From assembly GCF_006345805.1 (NCBI RefSeq), contig NC_043003.1, forward strand, positions 106,082,001 to 106,146,000: 64,000 nucleotides of DNA, in the 5' to 3' direction. Made by a program: the position numbers and the translations under genes. The notes under the pieces were generated by a model. It searched no databases. It was not told where the DNA came from and worked only from the letters and a program-made list of their open reading frames with translations. Source of the DNA: Octopus sinensis. Its lineage: Eukaryota. Each line of letters begins with the position of its first letter. Position 1 is the stretch's first letter. Shown in pieces: positions 21,788 to 33,708 of the stretch.

Positions 21788-23800
21788 GATTTTTATTGCC
21801 CACAAGGGACCGACATAGAGGGGACAATACAAGGACATTTGGGGGCATATCACAACGAAAAAAGAAAAAAAACAATAGCGTATGTTACAATGAATGACAA
21901 AATGAAAATGAGAGATGAAATGAAGTTTTCTCGGCCCCACCTCTGAGGTACTTCATTTTTACTTTTGATCACTCTTTTTTTTTGCACTTGGTGCCTTCCA
22001 AGATGTCGAACCCGTACTCCTTTAGTAGTTGCATATAATCTATGTTCCATGGTAACTTTTCAATGTCTAGTTCCACTTCCCACATTTTAAATCCACCTTT
22101 GAATTAAAAATGTTTTTCCTTCTGATCTTCGTCCAACAAAAGTCAACAATGCTACCCTTGTACATACCCTTGCACATTGTCGAACTTGCGAGTGTCCACC
22201 GTTCTTATATTTTTCCATGTTTTTATTTCCTCACATAGACCCTTATTGGTATTGTCAAACATAATCGCGTAGTTACTTTTTTGTCGGGAGGTGGGGAGCT
22301 TAAACAGCTTGTCTGAATGTATTTGTTTGTGTGCTGGAGGAGGGTGGGTAGGCCTAGTGTCTGTAGGGAGCGGGTGGGAGGTAAAGGGTGTGGCGGTTCT
22401 GTATTTGTTTTACCTGGTTTCTTCCTTTTTCTTTCTTGCCTGGTGTCTCCCATTCGTCTTCTTTTCCGCTTTCTTCTGTTTCTTCTGGCGGTGGTGGTAT
22501 TTTTCTTCTCTTGTCGGTTCTTCTTTTCCCTTTTTGTCTTGTATAGAGCAGTTTGCTCTAATGTGGCCTTTCTGGCCACACTTGTAGCATCTGGGAATCC
22601 TGCCCTCTACTCTGACTACCATTATTACAGCATCAAACGCTATTGTTTTTGGTAATTCTTCGATTATTTCTTTCTGTTCTTGTATCACCATATTTAAGGT
22701 CTGACCTTTCCAATTTCATGTTTCTGTCTTAGTGGCCTGGAGAACCGCCATCTCTTCCTCCTTACCGAGCAAGACAGCTGCTGTTATCCAGGCCACGTCG
22801 ACGTCTGAGGGGATTCCCTCTACGTTGACCATTATGGAACACCTTCCATGATATATCGGCAACATCACCACTTCATCGGTTTTTAGATTGTTACCACATT
22901 CAAACTTGTTACAGTTGCATCCTTGAACCGAACTTCAATTGTTCCAAATTTGCTCCTCCCTCTGGTTAAATACTTAATTTCATTCCAGACTGGCCTTAGT
23001 GCTTTCTCCACTTGATTTGCCGTCATTTCGTCAATTTCGTCATCTCGTCAATTTCGTCATTTCGTCAATTTCGTCATCTCGTTAATTTCGTCATTTTGTC
23101 AATTACATCATTTCGTCAATTTCGTCATTTCGTCAATTTCGTCATCTCGTCAATTTCGTCATTTTGTCAATTACGTCATTTCGTCAATTTCGTCATTTCG
23201 TCAATTTCGTCATTTCGTCAATTTCGTCATCTCGTCAATTTCGTCATTTCGTCAATTTCGTCATCTCGTCAATTTCGTCATTTCGTCAATTACGTCATTT
23301 CGTCAATTTCGTCATTTCGTCAATTACGTCATTTCGTCAATTTCGTCATTTCGTCAATTTCGTCATTTCGTCAATTTCGTCATTTCGTCAATTTCGTCAT
23401 TTCGTCAATATAAAACTGTGTTTTATATGTTACCGGGCATTCCATCCTCTTAATGACTACTTCCATTGGAGCGCTCACTTCCACTTTAGTTCCTTTCCGC
23501 TTCATCATTTTTTAATAGTCCTTCCAATCGTTCCATTCCATATTGTACTCGGATATCTTTGCCACCTATGCGAAGCTTCTATTTTGCGTCGCCTTTTTGT
23601 TCATGGTGGTCCATGAAATATCCGATTGCTCGAAATCAGACACCTCATTGTAGCTGCTGTCTGAGTCTCTGATGTTTTCCACTTTTATATTTGGCCTACC
23701 CGTCCTCCTCATAGAGGAGGGAAAACACAACCAGACTGCCACAAGGTAGCAAAAACCAAAGCGTTCAGCAAACACCACAACAGTATTTAAACAACAATTA
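21788..23800 (-). mobile_element. Tx1/L1-clade unit U4: ORF1 (CCHC, RIPRCYKCGQKGHIRANC) followed directly by 3' UTR and AATAAA tail; no ORF2
   Basis: ORF1 homology runs from ~23715 to ~21960 (interrupted by a minisatellite); the tail at 21788-21838 abuts the leader of U3. Confidence 0.7.
23020..23410. repeat. 17-bp minisatellite (TTTCGTCATTTCGTCAA)n, ~23 copies
   Basis: Direct reading; interrupts the U4 ORF1. Confidence 0.95.
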
Positions 23801-23942
23801 CACACCAGCAATACGAACTACACTCTTCAAAAATGCACAGAGAATAAGGACAAGGAAAAATTACTCCGTTTTTATAGCATATTGATGCAGGTAGGTTATC
23901 TCGACCCCCATCCCCCCAAACCGCATTATTTATTGTATGACC

Positions 23943-23977
<35 letters not shown>

Positions 23978-24519
23978 TACACACATACGGCGGGCTTCTT
24001 TTGGTTTCCATTTACCAAATACACAAGGCTTTGGTCGGTCCGAGAAGTTATAATAGAAGATACTTGCCCAAAGTGGGACTGAACCTGGAACCATGTGGTT
24101 GGGAAGCGAGCACCTTACCACACAGCCAGCTGCACCGAGAGCAGAAAGGATTATTATTGCTCTTCGGGTTCTTTACGTTCTGCGTTCAAATTCCGCCGAA
24201 CTCAACTATGCCTTTCATCGTTTTTGAGGTCAACGGGATGAGTTGCACGCAGGGGTTGCTGTAATCGACTTGGCCCTTCCCCTCAAAAGTTCTGGCGTTG
24301 AGCCTAAATCAGAAAGCATTATTGTTGTCTCTGCTTAACCAGACTCCTACCCGTCCTCTTCCTCTGCCTTTCTTCCCCTTCTTCCCCAGCGTCATCAGCT
24401 ATTTATCACTTCTCTGAACTGGGGCCATCGACTTTACACTTTCCCGACAACGAACATGTCCCAGTAAAACATTGCTTATGCGATCAAGCAAGTGCACGAG
24501 CACCAGGACGGGGGGGGGG

Positions 24520-24825
24520 GGGGACACACACACACGCACGGACGCACGCACGCACACAAGCACACATACACACGCACATATTCGCACGCACGAGCGCACG
24601 CACACGTAAATGATATGAATAATTGTTCACACACGCACACATTCGCACGCACATACACACTCACAGAGACACGGACACACATTCATACATGAGCACACAC
24701 ACACACACACACACACTCTCACACACACACACATTCGCACGCACATACACACAAAGACACGGACTCAGACACATTCATTAATGCACACACGCATCACACA
24801 CACTCACACATTTACACGCATGCAC

Positions 24826-24857
<32 letters not shown>

Positions 24858-24918
24858 TCATACACTCTCAGACACACACATTCACACATGCACATACACA
24901 CCTACACACACACATACA
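24520..24918. repeat. Compound (CA)n/(CGCA)n microsatellite
   Basis: Direct reading. Confidence 0.9.
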
Positions 24919-25330
24919 TAAACCGCTCAGTTATCGAAGTATTACTAACTGGTTTGGTTAATGGCGACGTAACAAAACATAACCTTTGTCGTGTGTAAGT
25001 ATATAAACCGTCAGATAGGATGTTGATCTGCGTATACACGCTGCTGGTGTATTTGTTAATATATCGATATATACACCCACATATATATTTATTGATACGT
25101 ATATAAACGCACACCCACATCCATGTATATATGTATGTTGTTATGTGCGTTGCGGCCATGCTGGAGCACTACCTTAAAGGGTTTCAGTCGATGAAATCGA
25201 CCCCAGGACTTATTCTTTTTAAGCCTAGACCTATTCAATCAGTCTTTTTTTACCGAACCGCTAACTTACGGGGACATAAATACACTGTCAAGCGGTAATG
25301 AGGAGGAGGGCAAATACAGACACCAAGGCG

Positions 25331-25372
<42 letters not shown>

Positions 25373-25600
25373 AAATTGAAAACCAAGATGAGACGAGATT
25401 TATTCACATCCAAAAGTTTTTACTAAAACGTTTTCTATAGCATATATAACAATGACCACCATATGTTTCTACTGCAGCGACTTCACGTTGCTCCTTACGC
25501 AATTATGTATCCTTGTCGCTACAATTTCATCAAGGGTCCATCACTTACGACGTTTTCAAAGTAAACTAATTCAAACAACCTTTCTGCGTTGGTATTCAGC

Positions 25601-26156
25601 TGTAGTGACGTTATACAACAGTGCGCGCGCGCAACGTCATTTTCAGTGTGCGGGTGCGGAACGTCCTTCTTCAGTGTGCGTGTGCGGGATTGGAGCCTTC
25701 TGGAAAGGCAGAAGGGAAGTGCCCTCTCGGACATGCGCGAAGACTGAAGAAGGAATTGCTGATGTGGCATTAGCTGATAGGCGAGGGACAGCGTTCCCTT
25801 AACAAGGACACAGAGAGACACGCATAGCAGCAGTAGCAGAAAGCCTTCATACGAGATTGTGGCAGACCTATTTTCTCCGCTGTCTCTGGACGCTAAGATT
25901 TGACCTGCTCTGTTTTGCTGCTGAACTTGTTGTAAGATTCTTACAAGTGTTAAGGTTCAGCCTTGCCACACCAGAACCAAGTGGATACCAATATACCACC
26001 TTACTTCTTTCTGTGAATAAGAAAATAAAGAATATATATATTTTTAAGGTTGCGTTCGTGTTCCTTGACTGGTACATTCTGGAAATTAAAGAACGGAAAT
26101 TGTGTTGCACCTGAGTTGCACCCCAAAAGTGTAAGAAGCAACGAGTTCCCGTTACA
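25601..26156 (+). mobile_element. Solo LTR (probably Ty3/Gypsy-type)
   Basis: Starts TGTAGTGACG and ends CCCGTTACA; 4-bp direct repeat CAGC on both flanks (25597-25600, 26157-26160); internal AATAAA near 26025. Confidence 0.75.
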
Positions 26157-26671
26157 CAGCTGAAGGTGATGACGCTACTTTTTAAATCCAATTGAATTCT
26201 GATCTTATAATCATCACCTCTACTGGTATTGCAGTTGAATCGTGGTTTCCAATGCTTATTTATATTACAATTAACCGTAGCAGTTTGGTTTACATTTTAA
26301 TTACACTTTACTGTGTGGAGTACATTATCTATTCAGAGGTATTTCATTTATTTTGGGTTTATACCCTCAATTAATATTATTGTTATTATAATTAAGGGCT
26401 CTCTGCTATGACCTCAAGTCGAATTCTTCAAACCTTAAGTAACACCTAAGTAGCACCGAGCACCCAGAAACAACTGTTGGACTTGTAATGCCATAACTTT
26501 GCCCCTCTAATTCTTTGCGTCTATGTATTCTGAGTAAGTTTGTGCCATTAATAAATATATATGTTAGAGGAAAGATTAAAGACACAGCTCATCTTCTCCC
26601 AGAGGATATGGGGCCTGAGTTGTACTTCCGTGAAGGTATAGGGCCTTAAGTATAATCCCTGGTAAATCCAG

Positions 26672-26880
26672 GCAATAAAGAATTGTGCCCGCTAAATGGA
26701 GCTTGCATGTCCAAGACCATCATATATGAAGCTACCGTAAACTCTATAACCACTAAAGACACCGTTTCGACGAAGAAATACGTGGGCCTTACAGAGGGTA
26801 ACTTCAAGGCCAGGTTTAATAACCACACTTTGAGCTTTAGGCACTGGAACAAAGGAAAAGCGACACAATTATCTAATCAT
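26672..26880 (+). mobile_element. Penelope GIY-YIG endonuclease fragment (third copy of the 30.8-kb sequence)
   Basis: CPLNGACMSKTIIYEATV...KKYVGLTEGNFKARFNNH...LSNH, nearly identical to 30866-31070. Confidence 0.9.
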
Positions 26881-27222
26881 TGTCACAGTATTTTGGACGT
26901 TGCGTTCATATTGAATGCAACATCCAAAATAAAGCCAAAATCTTGTCTGGATTTATTTGGGATTATGCTTAAGGACCTATACCCTTCACAGAAGTACGGA
27001 CCAACCTCCATACTCTCTATAAGAAGATGAGCGGGGAACTGTCTGCATTTTTCTATCTGCTATTCCATTCCTTTATAAACTGAATTTTCTGTCTAGAACT
27101 TTCCTACATACTCACCTTGTCTCTGACGACGGAAAAGCCAGTGTAGAAATAGGAACTAAAATGCGCTAATGCTGTAGTTAATGTACATGATAACAGCGAC
27201 CATAATTATCCGAAAAATACCG

Positions 27223-27256
<34 letters not shown>

Positions 27257-27499
27257 GTGTGTGTGTGTGTGTGTGCAAAAACTTACTGTGAACAAGGCTG
27301 CGTGGTGTTCGATTATAAACAAATACACATTAAGTACAGGACATCGAGTGAAAAATAGGTAAACACACGAGAGTTAAATACTTATTAGGAAACAGGGACT
27401 AGTAAAACTGCCGACAGCTGACGAGCGAGTCTGTTTTTATCCTGTATTCATCTCTCGTGCACTAACGTATTTTTCACTTGCTGGTGATGTCCTGAACTT

Positions 27500-27534
27500 C
27501 ATCTGTATTTTATATATAATATATGTATATGTAT

Positions 27535-27575
<41 letters not shown>

Positions 27576-27603
27576 TTATAATATGTGTGTATATATATAT
27601 ATT

Positions 27604-27672
<69 letters not shown>

Positions 27673-27778
27673 TATATAGATATATTATATATTTATAATA
27701 TATATAATATATATATATATATATATTATATATTTATAATATATATTATATATATTATATATTTATAATATATTTATA

Positions 27779-27827
<49 letters not shown>

Positions 27828-27830
27828 TAT
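27500..27830. repeat. Degenerate (TA)n tract
   Basis: Direct reading. Confidence 0.95.
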
Positions 27831-28694
27831 GCTAATAAAAGTCAAGTTCAAGCGTGCTTGCTTGCAATGTTACGCAGTCAGACTGGCGCATAATGAGAAA
27901 ATACTATGAAATAAGTTTTCCCTGAAATGTTAATACGAACGGAATAAAATAAGTTTCGCGATGTTCGGGGTTTAGGGGTGTAAATACCCCAAACGGTGCA
28001 TAATGGGAAAATCTTCCGAATATAACTTCATTCTGAAAGGGAAGAAACCCTAACCTTTCGATTAGACAGTGATTGGACAACAAAAACATACGATTTTTTT
28101 TTTACAGTAAATGTTTCTATTTTCGCTTTTGTTAAACACAATATTTTAATCATTTAGAAATATTTTTAAGTGAATGCGATTTCAAAACTGTAAGTTGTTT
28201 GTACAATAATTATTTACATTTTAGTTTTCATTAAACAGACAATATTTTAAGGTTTTTAAAATTATTTTCAAATGAAACCATTACAAAAATTTCTTTGGCA
28301 TATTTAAAAAATGTTTTAAAGTGAAAATACATAAATATTTCGTAAAAGACCCGTTCGTAACCTCGGTATGAAATAATTTTTTTTCCTTAGGAGTGCATTC
28401 AATGTATCTCACCTCCAAAGATTTGGCTGCTATTTCTACCACGCCCTGCTACCACGTAACAGCTATTTGCTACGTGGTAGCATGGCGTGCAAGAAATAGT
28501 AACCAAATCTTTCAGGCGAAAGGAGGCGTTTACACATGATTTCGATATCACATTCGTTGAAAGCATGCGAAATAACCTAGAAAAGAAAAAATTAACCACG
28601 AAACAAAACTCCGTTGCTAAGCAGGCTGTTTCGTTGATCGGATCAGTTTAATCCGTCGTCGTCGTCGTCGTAATCGACGGAGTGCCAGCTGTGT

Positions 28695-28767
<73 letters not shown>

Positions 28768-28863
28768 ATAAAACGGCAAGATAACAAAAGAAAGAAAGAG
28801 ACCTCAATATTATGTAAATAGAGGAAATTTATCTATACAATATGTTACATTACTCGATAGTCA

Positions 28864-28926
28864 AGATAAAACTCTGAGTTTCAGATGCCGAAGTGGAAAT
28901 CCACAACACCATCTCTTCGGTTATCT
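28864..28926 (-). ncRNA. Hammerhead-like motif with CCGAAGA core (inverted pLTR copy)
   Basis: Exact reverse complement of 31498-31560. Confidence 0.6.
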
Positions 28927-29138
28927 GGCTATTTGAAAACGTTATGAAAAAATACCGTTAAACAGAGGGAAATTACTCTGTTATAACTCTGCTTGCCTGC
29001 GTACTTATACATCGCTCGCATTTTTCGTCATAAAAATTATATAAAAATACATAAAAAATATATAAAAAATATATAAATATATAAAAAATATATAAATATA
29101 TATAAAATCTTCTTGGGACATAACATAGAAAGCATGTT

Positions 29139-29576
29139 CTATCTGTTTTCTTTAGGGGACCAAAAACGTAACAGAAATTTAGTCATATATGGGCATGATC
29201 CGAAAAGCTCTGTCTTTGTGTTTAGACATGTAGTAGGGTCTAAGCTGCTTTTCCAGATAAGCCATCTCTCCATGTCGCATAGACCGCACCTTCCGCTGCC
29301 GTTGGTATAGGGCTTATATCTGGCCAAAATCTTCCAATGTATGTTATAATCGACACCTTTATCTCTTAAAGACCAAATATGATTAGATAATTGTGTCGCT
29401 TTTCTTTTGTTCCAGTGCCTAAAGCTCAAAGTGTGGTTATTAAACCTGGCCTTGAAGTTACCCTCTGTAAGGCCCACGTATTTCTTCGTCGAAACGGTGT
29501 CTTTAGTGGTTATAGAGTTTACGGTAGCTTCATATACGATGGTCTTGGACATGCAAGCTCCATTTAGCGGACACAA
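29139..29576 (-). pseudogene. Penelope GIY-YIG endonuclease, inverted copy
   Basis: IVYEA...YVGLTEG-x-FK-x-RFNNH, SNHIW, CGLC, matching PLE EN motifs. Confidence 0.9.
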
Positions 29577-29606
29577 TTCTTTATTCCTGCATGAACAGCT
29601 GTTTTC

Positions 29607-30698
29607 TTGTTGTGTTTTTATAAGTTATACCTGGTAGATAACAGCAAATACACACAACTCTTACACAACAGCATCATTAATAATTATACTAAGGCTAGGG
29701 CACAGACATATAACGAAATTAATAAAGAAGCTAGCGTCATCGCCGCTAAACTTAAATTAGATAAAAAAAATAGAAGCCCTCCCCCAAAAGAGGCCTTTAT
29801 TACTATTAAAGATCACAAAGAAAACTTCCTTTCCAACCCTAAATGTAGACTTATCAACCCAGCCAAGTCAGAACTTGGGATTATTAGTAAAGAAATTTTA
29901 GATAAAATAAATGCGAAAATTAAGACAGATACTAGGCTAGTACAATGGTCCAATAGTATAGAAGTCGTAGACTGGTTTAAAGCTATTAAGAATAAGAAAA
30001 AAGCGAGGTTTACACAATTCGATATTGTTGATTTTTATGCCTCTATCTCTAAAGAACTGCTAGATAAAGCCCTCATCTTCGCTAGCGACTTCATAGAAAT
30101 TAGTACCAATGATAAGGACATAATCTTCCATGCTAGAAAGACCTTACTTTTCAGTGAGAACGCAAAGTGGGTAAAAAACACCGACACAGAGGGCGCTTTC
30201 GATGTGAGCATGGGTTCATATGATGGGGCAGGCATCTGCGATCTAATTGGACTTTTTCTCCTAGATACCTTAGGTAAGACATTCCCTAACGTACATTTCG
30301 CCATCTACAAAGATGATGCCCTCGCCTTAACAGCTAATACAAATGGACCAGCACAAGATCGTTTTAGGAAGGATATTATCCAGTTAATGAAATACTTCGG
30401 ACTTAGTATAACTATAGATACTAACCTGACGGTTGTCAATTTCTTAGACGTTTCCTTAGATCTTAATAAGAATATTTATAAGCCTTATAGGAAGCCCAAT
30501 GATAGACTAAGTTATATTAATGTAGGTTCATGCCATCCCCCTATAGTATTCAAAAATTTAGTTAAAAATATTAGTAAGAGGATTTCTAGCCTCTCCTCTG
30601 ATAAGGACATCTTCAATAGCGTTGCCCCAGTTTATAATAAGGCTTTAAAAGATAGTGGTTTTAGCGAAAAAATAAAATATACACCCATTACTAGGTAA
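29607..30698 (+). pseudogene. Penelope-type reverse transcriptase (5'-truncated)
   Basis: EAFITIKDHKENF, CRLINPAKSELG, QFDIVDFYASI, FDVSMGSYDGAGICDLIG, YKDD, NFLDVSLDL, PYRKPND, SCHPP. Confidence 0.92.
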
Positions 30699-30865
30699 AT
30701 ATTTCCTAGCACTGATAGATAGACATTTTCCAGTTAACCATACTTATAGGAAACTCTTCAATAGACACAATTTAAAAATTAGTTTCAGTTCCACTACCAA
30801 TTTTAAAAACATAATCAAACATAACATACAAAAAATACAACAGCTGTTCATGCAGGAATAAAGAA

Positions 30866-31303
30866 TTGTGCCCGCTAAATGGAGCTTGCATGTCCAAGAC
30901 CATCATATATGAAGCTACCGTAAACTCTATAACCACTAAAGACACCGTTTCGACGAAGAAATACGTGGGCCTTACAGAGGGTAACTTCAAGGCCAGGTTT
31001 AATAACCACATTTTGAGCTTTAGGCACTGGAACAAAAGAAAAGCGACACAATTATCTAATCATATTTGGTCTTTAAGAGATAAAGGTGTCGATTATAACA
31101 TACATTGGAAGATTTTGGCCAGATGTACGCCCTATACCAACGGCAGCGGAAGGTGCGGTCTATGCGACATGGAGAGATGGCTTATCTGGAAAAGCAGCTT
31201 AGACCCTACTACATGTCTAAACACAAGGACAGAGCTTTTCGGATCATGCCCACATGTGACTAAATTTCTGTTACGTTTTTGGTCCCCTAAAGAAAACAGA
31301 TAG
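30866..31303 (+). pseudogene. Penelope GIY-YIG endonuclease with Cys/His motif
   Basis: CPLNGAC...IIYEA...YVG...RFNNH...SNH...CGLC...CPH; separated from the RT by a deletion and frameshifts. Confidence 0.92.
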
Positions 31304-31497
31304 AACATGCTTTCTATGTTATGTCCCAAGAAGATTTTATATATTTTTATATATTTTTTAATATATTTTTTATGTATTTTTATATAATTTTTATGACGAA
31401 AAATGCGAGCGATGTATAAGTACGCAGGCAAGCAGAGTTATAACAGAGTAATTTCCCTTTGTTTAACGGTATTTTTTCATAGCGTTTTCAAATAGCC

Positions 31498-31560
31498 AGA
31501 TAACCGAAGAGATGGTGTTGTGGATTTCCACTTCGGCATCTGAAACTCAGAGTTTTATCT
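31498..31560 (+). ncRNA. Type I hammerhead-like motif, variant core CCGAAGA, GUU triplet
   Basis: AGAUAA-CCGAAGA-GAUG...(GUGG AUUU CCAC)...CAUC-U-GAAAC-UCAGA-GUU/UUAUCU. 6-bp stem I, palindromic AACUC-A-GAGUU stem III; lies ~200 bp downstream of the EN stop. Confidence 0.6.
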
Positions 31561-31586
31561 TGACTATCGAGTAATGTAACATATTG

Positions 31587-31629
<43 letters not shown>

Positions 31630-31822
31630 TTAAAGTAGGGTATCTACGTGATACCTGCTGAAAATAGCAGCCATGATCCGACTCTAAAACCACCTTAATA
31701 ATAGTTTATAATTTTAATAATTATTACCCTTGAAGGTTAATTTTTTCCATGCTGGCCACTTGATAAGTTCGTTGTTTTATTTTAAATTAACGATCTTATC
31801 CTTATATATATATATATATATA

Positions 31823-32240
31823 TTAAACTATGGTTGCAGAACAAACAAATACAAGGTCATCCACGTAACATTTCATATCTCGAACATTTAATCACATAAT
31901 GCTTTTTCTTTCACATAGAATATACATGTATAAAATCACGGAAGATGAAACACAACTCAATACAAGCATATAAGAAAAATGTGTGAATACATTTATATTC
32001 ACACATATTTTTTTTAGTCGCTAAAGTATTAACCATTAACTTTTAACCTCGATGGACATTTTTCACACATCTTTCTCATATTTTTCTTATATGCTTGTAT
32101 TGATGAGTTGTGTTTCATCTTCCGTGATTTTATGCATGTAAATTCTATGTGAAAGAAAAAGCATTCTGTGATTAAATGTTCGAGATATGAAATGTTACGT
32201 GGATGACCTTGTATTTGTTTGTTCTGCAACCATAGTTTAA
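31823..32240. mobile_element. Foldback/MITE-like element, ~160-bp TIRs, TA flanks
   Basis: TTAAACTATGGTTGCAGAACAAAC... / ...GTTTGTTCTGCAACCATAGTTTAA, with TA on each side. Confidence 0.8.
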
Positions 32241-32345
32241 TATATTTGTCTCATTTAATTGAGCACTTCTATAGCAGTCCTATTAAACATTCTGTTCCTG
32301 ATAAGAAACAATCACTTTTATTACTGATATATATATATATAATAT

Positions 32346-32412
<67 letters not shown>

Positions 32413-32559
32413 CAATAATATGTTACTTTACTCGATATTACTCGATACTTGACTATCGAGTAATGTAACATATTATTGTATAGATAAATTTCCTCTATTT
32501 ACATAATATTGAGGTCTCTTTCTTTCTTTTGTTATCTTACCGTTTTATCAATATATATA

Positions 32560-32590
<31 letters not shown>

Positions 32591-33666
32591 CTAAATGCCA
32601 TTAAAGGACTAACCATGTCTGTAATTCACATCGTACCGTGTCGTCGAGGATTGGATTGTAAAATGATGAATATGATGATGATGATGATGAAGGCGGTGGT
32701 TGTAGTGTCGAAGCTGACAACGATATCATCATCTCTAATAATAATTAGAACAGCAAGCCCCATGTGCATAGAATTATACGCGCATGCCCACATGTGTCTG
32801 TGTTCGTTCTATTTTCCTTCTTACTTATTTGCAATGGCGGCGAGTGGTTGTGTACAAGGTTGTAGATGCTTGCTGAGTGCGTATATGCATAAGCGTTTAT
32901 CTGTATAGGCAATCTAATGTCCACCTGCACCACCACCACCACCACCACCACCACCAACACCACCACCAAAACAACAACAACAACATGCGCAACATCAACA
33001 ACGTCACTCTAACGTAACTAAAAGAATAGTTAATGGTCCATGGTTTGCTTCGTGTTCATTTATGAAGTAATAAAGTTTGGTCAAGCATGAATGAGTCTGG
33101 ATCTCTTTTCCTTGACGACAATTATATAAACATCTCTCTACTTTGAAGTTCATTCATATTGCATGAGGACCAACTCCGCAATAGATAATTACGAAAAGTT
33201 AGTTTAATTACTACACATAATTAGCCGTACCTTATTTTAACTAATTAGGCTTCCACAATTTTGCTTCCCTAAGTTAATTGTACGGCGTGTCATCCTCTAT
33301 TTCATATAAATTTCACGGTACAGCATAAACAATTACCATATTTATTCGCGTATAATTCGCCCCTGTGTACAAGTCACCCTCGGGTATAAGTCGCATCCCA
33401 GTTTTGTTAAATGCCACTTATACACGAGTAATTCGAAGGAGAATTTTTATGAATACAATTTTCTATATTTGTTTTTCATTAAACTGCGACTATACTGGGG
33501 CGCCACCTTGAAGGGTTTGGGTTGAACAAATTGATCCCAGTATTATATTTTTAAAGACTATTTTGCCGTACGGCTGAGTTACGGGGTTGTAACAAAATCA
33601 ACACCAATCAAGAGATGATGGGAACAAACTCTCTCTCTCTCTCTCTATCTCTCTCTCACACACACA

Positions 33667-33708
<42 letters not shown>

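Larger units (their letters stand above)
28766..32552 (+). mobile_element. 5'-truncated Penelope-like element with inverted pseudo-LTR (left arm 28766-29600 minus; RT-EN-pLTR plus), inserted in (TA)n
   Basis: RT ORF 29607-30698, EN ORF 30866-31303, inverted EN copy 29139-29576; termini GATAAAACGGCAAGATAAC / GTTATCTTACCGTTTTATC; an ~860-bp insertion splits the right pLTR at 31590-32447. Confidence 0.9.

Noticed and set aside
23012-23616. RQFRHFVNFVISSISSF repeat ORFs
   Set aside because: A 17-bp unit cycles through frames; an artefact of the minisatellite
33335-33435. Possible Tigger/pogo-like MITE terminus
   Set aside because: No matching second TIR or TSD identified with confidence
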